Below, piece after piece: positions 19,487-28,764 of a stretch of DNA of 64,000 nucleotides. This DNA comes from Candidatus Saccharimonadota bacterium. GTDB lineage: Bacteria; Patescibacteriota; Saccharimonadia; Saccharimonadales; Saccharimonadaceae. The notes beneath the pieces are model-generated. The model saw only the letters and a list, made by a program, of their open reading frames with translations, did no database searches and was not told the DNA's origin. The stretch spans positions 4,623 through 68,622 of the forward strand of contig JABCOH020000013.1 in NCBI GenBank assembly GCA_013333695.2. Reading direction: 5' to 3'. The translations under genes were made by a program, and so were the position numbers. The number at the start of each line of letters is the position of its first letter. Positions within the stretch are counted from its first letter, which is position 1.

Positions 19487-19518
19487 AGCCGCTCGCCTGT
19501 TTTCGGCGGGCGGTTTTT
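19487..19518 (+). terminator. Intrinsic terminator after lemA
   Basis: GCCGCTCGCC-TGTTTTC-GGCGGGCGGT plus T run. Confidence 0.8.
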
Positions 19519-19532
19519 GGTATAATGACTAC

Positions 19533-20408
19533 ATGTATAGTGCAATTTCTCATAATAAGCGAAACACCGTGCTGATCATGGCAGTGTTTGTGGCGATTAT
19601 TGGCGTAATCGGTGTACTGGTCGGTATGTATCTACGGAACTATTCATTGTCGTTGATCATTGTCGGTTGTGCGCTGCTTTATGCGTGGTTACAATATTAT
19701 ATTGCTGGTAAATTGGCCATGGCGATGAGCGGTGCGCAGCAGATTGAAAAGAAGGATGCGCCGGAGCTGTGGCGAGTAGTAGAAAACCTCGCGATTGCTT
19801 CCGGCATGCCGATGCCAAAAGTCTACATTATTGACGATCCAGCGCCAAACGCGTTTGCGACGGGCCGCGATCCAAAGCACGCTATCGTCGGTGCGACTAC
19901 TGGGCTGCTAGAAATTATGGATAAGCGCGAGCTGGAGGCGGTGATGGCGCACGAGATGAGCCACGTGCGTAACTACGATATTCGCGTTAGTATGATCGCC
20001 TTTGGGTTGGTGAGTGCTATCGGGTTGCTTGCTGATATCGCACTCCGGATGATGATTTATGGCGATGATGATGACGGGGATACTAGTCCGGTTGTCTACG
20101 TCGTGGGTATTATAGTAGTAATCTTGGCACCGATTTTAGCAACGATTACGCAACTGGCAGTCAGTCGCCAGCGCGAGTATCTTGCGGATGCCTCGGGCGC
20201 GCTATTGACTCGCGACTCGGAGGGGCTGGCGATGGCGCTGGAGAAGTTACAAAGTTATGGTCGGCCAATGCGCAAGCAGAGTACCTCAACAGCAAACTTG
20301 TTTATGAATAATCCGCTGCGCCCGGGCTTTTTCTCAAAGTTATTTAGCACCCATCCGCCGCTAGAAGATCGAATCGCACGCCTGCGAAGTAATGCAACGA
20401 AGATGTAA
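19533..20408 (+). CDS. htpX: M48 zinc metalloprotease HtpX
   Basis: PNAFATG, HEMSH (HExxH), SRQREYLAD, FSTHP. Confidence 0.95.
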   Translation: MYSAISHNKRNTVLIMAVFVAIIGVIGVLVGMYLRNYSLSLIIVGCALLYAWLQYYIAGKLAMAMSGAQQIEKKDAPELWRVVENLAIASGMPMPKVYIIDDPAPNAFATGRDPKHAIVGATTGLLEIMDKRELEAVMAHEMSHVRNYDIRVSMIAFGLVSAIGLLADIALRMMIYGDDDDGDTSPVVYVVGIIVVILAPILATITQLAVSRQREYLADASGALLTRDSEGLAMALEKLQSYGRPMRKQSTSTANLFMNNPLRPGFFSKLFSTHPPLEDRIARLRSNATKM

Positions 20409-20410
20409 TC

Positions 20411-21526
20411 ATGACGAAGCCAACTAAAAAACAACACACCACGCGGCGTAAACGAGTAACTTCAAAAGCGGATAGTCGCGCCGCGACAAAAAAAACAGTA
20501 TCGTTAAAAAAGAGGCTCAATAAGGCTTGGCAGCGGCTGATGCAGCGCCGTCAAGCGTTTCTCCGCCGTCGGCCGCACCGTAGCTTTCGAGTGACCAAGC
20601 GACGCGACTATCGTCGTTCGCTCAAGCTGCCGGGCTACTTTGCACTGACCAAACAAGCATGGCAACTGATGCGAAAGCACTGGCGGATCTTCGTTGGGTT
20701 GACGGCGATATACGCGGTGCTGGGTGTGTTGCTGTCGGGGTTGATTTCGCAAGACACGTATCAGCAGCTAAAGGATACGATCAATGGAACGAATCAGGGG
20801 GGCGCCCTGGGTACTATTGTGCCGACATTGATGCTATTTGCTGGCGTGGTTACCAATCAGCTCGGCAACTCGACAAGTAGCGCTGGATCGTCGCAGCAGG
20901 TTATTGGCGCGCTGATCGGGCTGTATATATGGCTGACGACAATTTGGCTGGTTCGCGGCGTAATTGTCGGTAAACGTCCAAAGATTCGCGATGGGCTGTA
21001 TAATGCGGGCGCGCCGGTCATCGCCCTGTCGGTCCTAGTGTTTATCGCGCTCATTCAATTATTACCAGCAGCGATAGCGGTCATTATTTACGGAGCGGCG
21101 GACACGTCAGGCATGTTGCAGCAGACGGTGGTGTTGATGTTGGCGGCCGGCGCCACCATATTAATCGTCACCTTGTCGATATATTGGCTGACGAGTACGT
21201 TGTTCGCTATGGTAATTATTACCCTACCGGGGATGTATCCACTAGAAGCAGCGCGACTGGCTTCAGACGTTGTACTAGGGCGGCGGATGCGGATCTTGCT
21301 GCGATTGATGTGGCTACTGGTGGTGCTCGCCGTGGTTTGGGCGGCGGTGCTTATTCCGGTTATTACGATTGATGGTGCACTCAAAACGGTGATACCGGCA
21401 TTGAACTGGTTGCCGCTGGTGCCGCTCGTGGCGTTGATGTTGGTGGCGTTCTCGATTGTTGCCTCGGCGTGCTACATCTATCTATTCTACCGAAAGGTCG
21501 TCGCTGATGACAGTGCGCCAGCTTGA
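20411..21526 (+). CDS. Hypothetical polytopic membrane protein with very basic N-terminus
   Basis: About 70 aa K/R-rich region followed by multiple TM helices. Confidence 0.8.
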   Translation: MTKPTKKQHTTRRKRVTSKADSRAATKKTVSLKKRLNKAWQRLMQRRQAFLRRRPHRSFRVTKRRDYRRSLKLPGYFALTKQAWQLMRKHWRIFVGLTAIYAVLGVLLSGLISQDTYQQLKDTINGTNQGGALGTIVPTLMLFAGVVTNQLGNSTSSAGSSQQVIGALIGLYIWLTTIWLVRGVIVGKRPKIRDGLYNAGAPVIALSVLVFIALIQLLPAAIAVIIYGAADTSGMLQQTVVLMLAAGATILIVTLSIYWLTSTLFAMVIITLPGMYPLEAARLASDVVLGRRMRILLRLMWLLVVLAVVWAAVLIPVITIDGALKTVIPALNWLPLVPLVALMLVAFSIVASACYIYLFYRKVVADDSAPA

Positions 21527-23537
21527 TAGGCAGGCGGCCGAGCAACGAATTGTCAAACTGCGAGATCTGATCAATGATTATCGCTATCATTACCATGTGT
21601 TCGACGAATCGATCATGAGTGAGGCGGCGGCTGATAGCCTGAAGCATGAACTGTCGCAACTAGAAGAGCAGTTTCCTGAACTTATCACACCAGACAGTCC
21701 AACCCAGCGGGTGGCAGGAAAAGCGCTCAGTAAATTCGCTAAGGTTCAGCATCAAACGCGAATGATTTCGCTGCAGGACGTGTTTGACCGGGCGGAAGTT
21801 GCGGCGTGGATAGAGCGTATGCACAAAGTGCGTAGTGATATCACTGAAGAATTTTTGTGTGATATCAAGATGGATGGCCTGGCCTGTGCGCTAATTTATG
21901 AGGACGGTGTGCTGACGCGGGCAGTGACGCGCGGCGACGGATTAATTGGTGAAGACGTGACCATGAACGTGCGGACGATTCAGAATGTGCCGCTGACACT
22001 GCGCGCCAATCAACGGTTCGCTCATTTTTTGCGCGGTCGGACGGAGATTCGTGGTGAAATTGTAATGCACAAGGCCGACTTTGTAGCATTAAATCAGCGT
22101 CGGCGAGCGGCCGGTCAGCCAGAATTTGCCAATCCGCGTAACCTAGCTGCAGGGACGATTCGCCAGCTTGATCCAAAACTGGTGGCAGAGCGTCCGCTCC
22201 ATTTTGTTGGCTATGACATTATTCGTGACAACCTCGAGGACACGCCGACGATTGCCTTTGGCTATCAAATGATGAATGAGTTGGGCATCACCACTAGTCG
22301 GCAGACGCAAATTGTCTATGGCTTGGACGAGGTGATGAGCTATATTAATCATCTTGATGAGCTGCGTCAGTCGCTGCAGTTTAACACCGACGGAGCAGTC
22401 ATCAAGCTTAACGACCGGCGACAGTTTGCCGAGCTCGGCATTGTTGGTAAGACACCGCGAGCGGCAGTGGCGTATAAATTTGCTGCCGAAGAAGCCACAA
22501 CCATTGTTCGTGATATCGTCATTTCCATCGGTCGAACCGGTGCGGCCACGCCAGTAGCGGTGTTTGACCCTGTGGTGGTTGCCGGTACGACGGTGCAGCA
22601 TGCTAGCCTGCATAACGCCGACGAAATTGCCCGGCTGGATGTGCGCCGCGGCGATACGGTGGTGATTTTCAAGGCGGGCGATATTATCCCGCAGGTGCAA
22701 ACCGTACTGAAAGAATTGCGGCCGGCAGATGCTAAGCCAATTGACTATCCAGCAGAATTGGCGCGCCAATATCCAGAGTTAGAATTTGTGCGGCCGGCAG
22801 GCGAGGCGGTCTACCGTGTTAAAGGTTTGAGCGGTCTGCTGATTTTGAAGCGAGCCCTAGCGCATTTTGCCTCCAAAGGCGCGCTGGACATCGATACGCT
22901 GGGCGAGAAAAATGTCGAGGCGCTGGTCGAGGCTGGGCTAGTTAACGATTTGGCGGATATTTACCGGTTGACGAAAGATGATTTACTGCAGTTGGAACGT
23001 TTCGCTGAGATTTCCGCACAAAAGCTCATCGATGCTATTGCTGCCAAAAAACAGCCAGCGTTGGAGCGATTCTTGTTTGGCCTCGGCATTCGGCATGTCG
23101 GTGCGCAGACGGCGATCGATTTGGCGAACCGCTTTGAGAGCATCAAGCGGTTGGCGCTAGCGACGATTGATGAACTGCGGGAAGTCGATGGTGTCGGTGA
23201 GATTGTTGCCGAGTCGGTCGTGGCGTGGTTTGCTGATGAAGACAACGTGGCGCTGCTCGAAAAATTTGCTGACTTGGGCGTGACGCCGCAGTTTAGTCAA
23301 AAATCCGACCGTCTGGCTGGCCAAAGTTTTGTCATCACTGGCACCTTGCAGTCGATGGGTCGTGATGATGCTGCCGAAAAAATCCGTAATCTCGGCGGCA
23401 CCTTCCAAACCGCTGTTGCAAAAGATACAACATATTTGGTAGCTGGCGGTAAAGTCGGCGCCAGCAAGCTGAAAAAAGCCGAACAATACGGCACTAAAAT
23501 TATTGACGAGCAAACATTATTAGAACTTATACAGTAA
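21507..23537 (+). CDS. ligA: NAD-dependent DNA ligase
   Basis: KMDG adenylation motif, TRGDG, FANPRN, HhH repeats, BRCT; ATG 21507 preferred. Confidence 0.97.
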   Translation: MTVRQLDRQAAEQRIVKLRDLINDYRYHYHVFDESIMSEAAADSLKHELSQLEEQFPELITPDSPTQRVAGKALSKFAKVQHQTRMISLQDVFDRAEVAAWIERMHKVRSDITEEFLCDIKMDGLACALIYEDGVLTRAVTRGDGLIGEDVTMNVRTIQNVPLTLRANQRFAHFLRGRTEIRGEIVMHKADFVALNQRRRAAGQPEFANPRNLAAGTIRQLDPKLVAERPLHFVGYDIIRDNLEDTPTIAFGYQMMNELGITTSRQTQIVYGLDEVMSYINHLDELRQSLQFNTDGAVIKLNDRRQFAELGIVGKTPRAAVAYKFAAEEATTIVRDIVISIGRTGAATPVAVFDPVVVAGTTVQHASLHNADEIARLDVRRGDTVVIFKAGDIIPQVQTVLKELRPADAKPIDYPAELARQYPELEFVRPAGEAVYRVKGLSGLLILKRALAHFASKGALDIDTLGEKNVEALVEAGLVNDLADIYRLTKDDLLQLERFAEISAQKLIDAIAAKKQPALERFLFGLGIRHVGAQTAIDLANRFESIKRLALATIDELREVDGVGEIVAESVVAWFADEDNVALLEKFADLGVTPQFSQKSDRLAGQSFVITGTLQSMGRDDAAEKIRNLGGTFQTAVAKDTTYLVAGGKVGASKLKKAEQYGTKIIDEQTLLELIQ

Positions 23538-23550
23538 CGGAGGCATAACC

Positions 23551-23955
23551 ATGACACAGCAACCACATCGCGCCCTCGCCATCAAACCCGCCGACACGAT
23601 TGTGTTTACCGCCATGTCCAAGAAATATTTTTACATGAGATTTTTCGTAACGAAATTTGCGCTCGACCAGGGTGTTGTGCCGATTAATCCATTTGCCAGT
23701 TTTGATTATTTTTTGCTCGACGCGGTGGAGCGTGACACGGTGCGGCGCGCTAACAATACGCTGGTGGCGCGCGCTGATGAACTCTGGGTATTTGGCGATA
23801 TTGCTGATGGCGTGCGGGCGGAAGTAGTCCAAGCCTGGCAGCAACATAAAACCGTCCGATTTTTTGCGTTTCGCGATGATAAGCATATTTACGAAGTTGA
23901 GATTGGCGAATTGATTTATGAAGATGGCGTTGAAACATTAACCCAACGGAGGTAA
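23551..23955 (+). CDS. Hypothetical protein, nucleoside 2-deoxyribosyltransferase-like fold (DUF4406-like)
   Basis: VVPINP...ARADELWVFGDIADGVRAE pattern. Confidence 0.55.
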   Translation: MTQQPHRALAIKPADTIVFTAMSKKYFYMRFFVTKFALDQGVVPINPFASFDYFLLDAVERDTVRRANNTLVARADELWVFGDIADGVRAEVVQAWQQHKTVRFFAFRDDKHIYEVEIGELIYEDGVETLTQRR

Positions 23956-23959
23956 CTAG

Positions 23960-24364
23960 ATGATCCGATTTTACTTACAAAAATTAGTTCGCGACAAAGT
24001 GGTAAAAAAGTGCCTGGATGATCCAGAATTTTTGCATACGGAGTATAAGACATTAGACAAACAAGAGTTTCGCCGCGAGCTGCTCCGCAAGGTTCACGAG
24101 GAGGCAGATGAGATTCCGCTGGGTGATAATCAGCGCGATGAATCGCTGAAAGAATTAGCTGATTTGCAGGAAGTCGTTGACGCGCTGCGCCAAGCCTTTG
24201 GCTTTTCTATAGAGCAAGTTCAAGAAGAAATGGCGCGTAAAAAGCAGGATAATGGTGGCTTTGATAATCGGCACTATATTGAATACAATGATTTTACGGA
24301 TAACAGTAGATGGGTGGAAATACTGCGTGCCCAGCCAGAGAAGTATCGTGAAGAAAAGAGCTAA
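23960..24364 (+). CDS. All-alpha NTP pyrophosphohydrolase (MazG/HisE-like)
   Basis: KLVRDK, KVHEEADE, ELADLQEV, KKQDNGGF motifs. Confidence 0.88.
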   Translation: MIRFYLQKLVRDKVVKKCLDDPEFLHTEYKTLDKQEFRRELLRKVHEEADEIPLGDNQRDESLKELADLQEVVDALRQAFGFSIEQVQEEMARKKQDNGGFDNRHYIEYNDFTDNSRWVEILRAQPEKYREEKS

Positions 24365-24373
24365 TATAGGGAT

Positions 24374-24922
24374 ATGGCAAAAAACGTTACGTTTATCACT
24401 GGCAATCAACACAAAGCAGATGCTCTAGCGCGCGTGCTAGATTTGCCGCTAGCACACCGGGCAGTTGATCTAACGGAAATTCAATCAACGAGCTTGGAAG
24501 AGATTGTTGAGCATAAGGTTCGCCAGGCGTATATAGTCGCTAAATGTCCGGTTTTGGTCGAGGATGTGGCGCTCGGGTTTACGGCGCTGGGTGGACTGCC
24601 AGGCCCGTTTATCAAGTTTTTTGTCGAGGCACCGAACGGTTTAGAGAATCTCTGTCGGATGCTTGATGGTTTTGACGACCGATCGGCGGTGGCGGCGTGT
24701 GTGTTTGGCTACTACGATGGTGAGCAGATCAAATTGTTCCGCGCTGAACTTGGTGGTGTCATCGCCAAGCATCCTGTGGGCAACGGCGGCTTTGGTTGGG
24801 ATAAAATATTTTGTCCGGATGGCTATGGTGGCAAAACGCGCGCCGAATTAACACCGGATAAGGATGCTGGCACTTTCAAGCCAATTGATACCGTCCGTAA
24901 ATTTCTCACCACACTTGAATAA
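24374..24922 (+). CDS. Ham1/ITPase-family non-canonical purine NTP pyrophosphatase
   Basis: FITGNQHK, EIQ, VLVED, LPGPFIK, FGWDKIF. Confidence 0.92.
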   Translation: MAKNVTFITGNQHKADALARVLDLPLAHRAVDLTEIQSTSLEEIVEHKVRQAYIVAKCPVLVEDVALGFTALGGLPGPFIKFFVEAPNGLENLCRMLDGFDDRSAVAACVFGYYDGEQIKLFRAELGGVIAKHPVGNGGFGWDKIFCPDGYGGKTRAELTPDKDAGTFKPIDTVRKFLTTLE

Positions 24923-24942
24923 ATACATGCTATTAGTTATAT

Positions 24943-25293
24943 ATGAAAGTGATCTATCTAGCTGGCAAAAATCTCGACAGGGCGAATCGCGTGGCGGCAA
25001 CTTTAGAGGCTTCCGGCTATAGCATTCCGTGCAATTGGTATTATAATTACAAAGACGACGAGACAAATTTCGGCCCAGAAGATGAGGTTCAGGCCATTCG
25101 CACTGCCGATGTTTTGGTGTATCTATGGGAATCCGACCAGGAGAGCGCGCGCTATGAAGTTGGCATGGCGATAGCGCTTGGTAAACCAGTGGTCGTTGTT
25201 CATGATAACCCGAAATGGTTTTTACAACTACCAAATGTTCATGCGGTCTCACGGGATGAGGATATTATAAAGGCGCTGAGTGAGGTTGGTTGA
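24943..25293 (+). CDS. Nucleoside 2-deoxyribosyltransferase-like protein
   Basis: IYLAG, DEVQAIRTADVLV, YEVGMAIALGKPV. Confidence 0.8.
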   Translation: MKVIYLAGKNLDRANRVAATLEASGYSIPCNWYYNYKDDETNFGPEDEVQAIRTADVLVYLWESDQESARYEVGMAIALGKPVVVVHDNPKWFLQLPNVHAVSRDEDIIKALSEVG

Positions 25294-25361
25294 CGAAGGA
25301 TTCCCTATGGCAAAACCAGTGCTACGGCTACACTAAAATAAGAAATGCTATAATAAACCCC

Positions 25362-25931
25362 ATGACAAAACACATCAATCTCGTCACTGGTAACCCACGT
25401 AAAATCGAGGAAGCAACGGCCACGCTGAGTCAATACGACATAGCGGTGGAGATCATTAATCTCGATATTGATGAGATCCAGCACCTTGATCCGCTAAAAA
25501 TTACCGAGGCTAAGGTTCGGGCAGCGTACGAGAAGGTTGGTGAGCCGGTTGTTGTCAACGATAGTAATTGGGAAGTGCCCGCGCTCGGCGGCTTTCCGGG
25601 TGGCTACATGAAGGATATCGCGCACTGGTTGACGCCCGAGGATTTTTTGGCTTTGCTACGCGACAAAGATGATTGGCAGATTATCCTCCATGATATTGTT
25701 GCTTATTACGACGGGCATAATCTACAGACGTTTATCTTTGATCAGCCGGGGAAGTTTGTCGCTCCGCCGCGTGGCAAGAGTGGTGCGTCGGTTAACAAGA
25801 TTATTACGATGGATGGTAGTAACGGCCTGACGATGTCCGAGGTGTTTGATCGGCGCGATCAAGGCCTAGCGGTCAGAACCGACACGCTGCGGCAATGGCA
25901 TCAATTTGCGCAGTGGTATGTCGCGCAGTAG
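25362..25931 (+). CDS. Second, divergent Ham1/ITPase-family protein
   Basis: LVTGNPRK, DEIQ, VVVNDS, ALGGFPGGYMK; ATG 25362 lies 7 nt after TGCTATAAT. Confidence 0.85.
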   Translation: MTKHINLVTGNPRKIEEATATLSQYDIAVEIINLDIDEIQHLDPLKITEAKVRAAYEKVGEPVVVNDSNWEVPALGGFPGGYMKDIAHWLTPEDFLALLRDKDDWQIILHDIVAYYDGHNLQTFIFDQPGKFVAPPRGKSGASVNKIITMDGSNGLTMSEVFDRRDQGLAVRTDTLRQWHQFAQWYVAQ

Positions 25932-25939
25932 GCTTGTTG

Positions 25940-26782
25940 CTAGGAATGCGCTCGCACCATACTGGCAGTAATAAGCGTGGCGCCAGTCACATCATCAACG
26001 CTGGAGCCGCGAGATAAGTCGCTGATCGGTCGGGCAAAACCCTGCAAGATCGGCCCGTACGCATGACCGCCAGCCAGGTGTTCAGCTAGCTTGTAAGCGA
26101 TATTACCAGAATCAAGATCAGGAAACACAAGGACATTAGCCCTGCCAGCGACCGGACTGTCCGGTGATTTTTTCTGGCCGATAGCCGGGACAATTGCCGC
26201 GTCTAATTGCAGTTCACCGTCAATGAGTATATCGGGCCGTTCTGTTTTGACGAGTTGTAGGGCCTGGGTGACGAGCTCGACACTATCACCGCCAGCGCTG
26301 CCTTTTGTTGAGTATGACAGCATAGCCACGTGCGGCTCCCAACCAAGTGACGCCGCACTATCCGCTGAAGTCATGGCAATCGCCGCCAGCTGCTCGGCGT
26401 TTGGCTGAATGTTCATGCCGCAGTCAGCAAAGAATAACAAACCGTGTTCGCCGCCCTGAAACTGCGGGATGTCTATCACGAAAAAGCTGGATGCATATCG
26501 AACATTGGGTGCCAGTCCAATAATTTTCAGTCCAGCTCGGAGCACGTCTTTCGTTGGATGATCAATTCCAGCCACCATAACGTCAGCCTTGCCGCTCGTT
26601 AGCATCGTTGCACCGCGACTAATAGCGTCCTCTTCCCCATCAAGCAGCACCGGCTGTACCGTACCGCTTTCTTCTAGTGCGCGCGCCGCCTGCTGGATGA
26701 TGTGATTATCGCCCTCAGGAAATACCACGCGCGGTGGATGTAGGGCTAAGGTTTTTGCTAAGTCTCGTATATGCTGATTCAT
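25940..26782 (-). CDS. pta: Phosphate acetyltransferase (short form)
   Basis: VVFPEG, FADC, LSYSTKGS, DGELQLDAA, FPDLDSGNIAYK, DLSRG. Confidence 0.93.
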   Translation of the reverse strand: MNQHIRDLAKTLALHPPRVVFPEGDNHIIQQAARALEESGTVQPVLLDGEEDAISRGATMLTSGKADVMVAGIDHPTKDVLRAGLKIIGLAPNVRYASSFFVIDIPQFQGGEHGLLFFADCGMNIQPNAEQLAAIAMTSADSAASLGWEPHVAMLSYSTKGSAGGDSVELVTQALQLVKTERPDILIDGELQLDAAIVPAIGQKKSPDSPVAGRANVLVFPDLDSGNIAYKLAEHLAGGHAYGPILQGFARPISDLSRGSSVDDVTGATLITASMVRAHS

Positions 26783-26802
26783 AAATATAGTATAATGGAA
26801 CT
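26783..26802. promoter_or_regulatory. 20-bp bidirectional leaderless promoter between pta and the GNAT gene
   Basis: TATAAT (+, 26791-26796) and TATACT (-, 26794-26789), each 6 nt from an ATG. Confidence 0.7.
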
Positions 26803-27240
26803 ATGAACGAATTGACAATTGAACGCGCATCCCACATCACCGAATCTGATGTGGCAGACATCACTAACCTCATCGCGGCACTCACTAGTAAGTCGCACCC
26901 AGCTGATGCTGAGTTATTGCAGCAGATTATCGACTCGCCAAGTCACGTATTGCTGTTGGCGCGGTTATCGGGCAAAGTTGTTGGCATGGCAACGGTGGCG
27001 CTATTGCTTGGGCCGGCTGCTGGGCGCAAGATCTACCTCGACGATTTTGTGACCGACCCGAATGTACAGGGTAAGGGTGTTGGTTCTCGACTCTGGGACG
27101 CTGTCATTGACTGGGGCCGCGAGCAGGGTGCTCAAAAACTGGAGTTTACATCGCGCCCAGAACGCGAAGCGGCGCAGCGATTCTACTTGAAAAAAGGTGC
27201 GGTCGTGCGTAGCACTAATGCCTTCGCCAAACAATTGTAG
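26803..27240 (+). CDS. GNAT family N-acetyltransferase
   Basis: Acetyl-CoA motif QGKGVG, AQRFY. Confidence 0.93.
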   Translation: MNELTIERASHITESDVADITNLIAALTSKSHPADAELLQQIIDSPSHVLLLARLSGKVVGMATVALLLGPAAGRKIYLDDFVTDPNVQGKGVGSRLWDAVIDWGREQGAQKLEFTSRPEREAAQRFYLKKGAVVRSTNAFAKQL

Positions 27241-27260
27241 GTAAATATTGATCAAACCCC

Positions 27261-27289
27261 TTGTGCTTTTTAACAAAAAAGCGCATAAT
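27261..27289 (+). promoter_or_regulatory. Promoter of candidate small RNA
   Basis: TTGTGC-17 nt-CATAAT, ending 6 nt before the stem start. Confidence 0.6.
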
Positions 27290-27295
27290 ATCGTC

Positions 27296-27385
27296 AGAGC
27301 TGGTACGCATAGGGGCGTTTCCTATGCTGCCATCCAAAACAAACACACGAAATTGCCCCGGGTGGGCGCGTAACAGCTCTTTTTT
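27296..27385 (+). ncRNA. Candidate structured small RNA of unknown family
   Basis: Terminal stem AGAGCTGgTACGC/GCGTAaCAGCTCT, inner stem, T-tail, dedicated promoter, no recognisable ORF. Confidence 0.6.
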
Positions 27386-27432
27386 ATTCGTCAAGTGGCG
27401 CGTTTGACAGCGCTTATGGTATGATAAAGGGG

Positions 27433-28734
27433 ATGTTCAAGAAGTCGTTTGAGAAAAAAATGATACGCTATGTCCGGCAATTTTTTGCCGACCATGCTGA
27501 TGTCAAGTTGATCGCAGTGACCGGGAGCGCTGGTAAAACGAGTGCCAAAACAGCGATCGCTACCGTGCTATCGCAGCAGTTTGCTGTCGCCATGCACGCT
27601 GCTGAGCCAACGTCGCACTTACAAACCCTTCTACAGATTATGGGCGTGCGCTACCCCGAGAATCGTCCGGAGGAGAAGTGGGGATTTTGGCACCGCCGCA
27701 AGATGATGCGAGCTGTCAAAAAGCGTGCTCGCGCCGAGCATCCTGAAGCTCATGTCATCGTCCAAGAATTCAGCCCGATGCAGCCTGGTTTTAATGCGTG
27801 GTTTCAGCAGGTTATTTTGCCGGACATGGCCGTTGTGACGTCAGTCACCTCTGGCCGCATGCGGGTTGAACATACCGTCGAAGAGGTAGCTGGCGAGATG
27901 CTAACGTTGGCGAATAATGCTCGCTTTGCGGCTATTAATCGTGATGATATCGACGGTCGATTTGCCGCATTTTTGACAAATCCCCAGATGACGACATATG
28001 GTACCAGCGAGGTCGCTGAGTATTATTTTGAGCAGCAAGATTTCTCGCTGGAACACGGCTACGTCGGCAAGATTATCGGCCCGGAATATCCTGATGGCAT
28101 CGCAGTGACGCTGCCGCTACTTGGTGAACATAATCTGCGACCAGCCGTCGTGGCGATGCTCGCCGGGGTGCGGATGGGTATGACGAAAGAATTGATTGAA
28201 AAGGGCTTGAGCCAGTTAGGCTCGCTGCCGGGTCGGATGCAAGTGCTTCGCGGTGCGGATCAGACGATTTTGATTGATGATAGCTATAGCTCATCACCAC
28301 TGACAGCATTGTCAGCACTACAAACGCTGTACAGTCTCGAGGTGCCGCAGCGTATCGTGGTGTTTGGTAATATGAATGGGCTACGCAAGGATACGCAGGC
28401 CGGTCATGCGAAGCTCGGCGCTCAGTGTTCGCCAGACGAGCTGGATTGGGTAGTGACCGTTGGCGAGATGGCTAATCAATACCTGGCGCCGGTAGCACGT
28501 CGTCGCGGCTGTCAGGTTAAGGAGTGTCGTGATGCGCTGATGGCTGGCGGATTCGTGCGCGAAAAACTTCATGCGGGTGGCGTGGCTCTCTTCAAAGGTT
28601 CAAGTGGCGGTGTTTGGCTCGAGGAAGCGATTAAAATTAACCTACACAGCACTGAGGATGAGAAAAAATTGGTGCGCCAGTCACCTGACTGGATTAAGCG
28701 AAAAAATGAATTTTTCTCGCGCTTTCGCGGATAG
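27433..28734 (+). CDS. Mur ligase family protein (divergent MurF-like)
   Basis: AVTGSAGKT P-loop, GEHN, LPGR, LIDDSY, LFKGS; ATG 27433 follows TGGTATGAT. Confidence 0.85.
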   Translation: MFKKSFEKKMIRYVRQFFADHADVKLIAVTGSAGKTSAKTAIATVLSQQFAVAMHAAEPTSHLQTLLQIMGVRYPENRPEEKWGFWHRRKMMRAVKKRARAEHPEAHVIVQEFSPMQPGFNAWFQQVILPDMAVVTSVTSGRMRVEHTVEEVAGEMLTLANNARFAAINRDDIDGRFAAFLTNPQMTTYGTSEVAEYYFEQQDFSLEHGYVGKIIGPEYPDGIAVTLPLLGEHNLRPAVVAMLAGVRMGMTKELIEKGLSQLGSLPGRMQVLRGADQTILIDDSYSSSPLTALSALQTLYSLEVPQRIVVFGNMNGLRKDTQAGHAKLGAQCSPDELDWVVTVGEMANQYLAPVARRRGCQVKECRDALMAGGFVREKLHAGGVALFKGSSGGVWLEEAIKINLHSTEDEKKLVRQSPDWIKRKNEFFSRFRG

Positions 28735-28764
28735 TGATACAATGAAAGTATAACGAGGAGGAAT

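Noticed and set aside
25940..26782. pta as a pseudogene because it is short
   Set aside because: The frame is intact and the catalytic motifs are present; it looks like an internal loop deletion.
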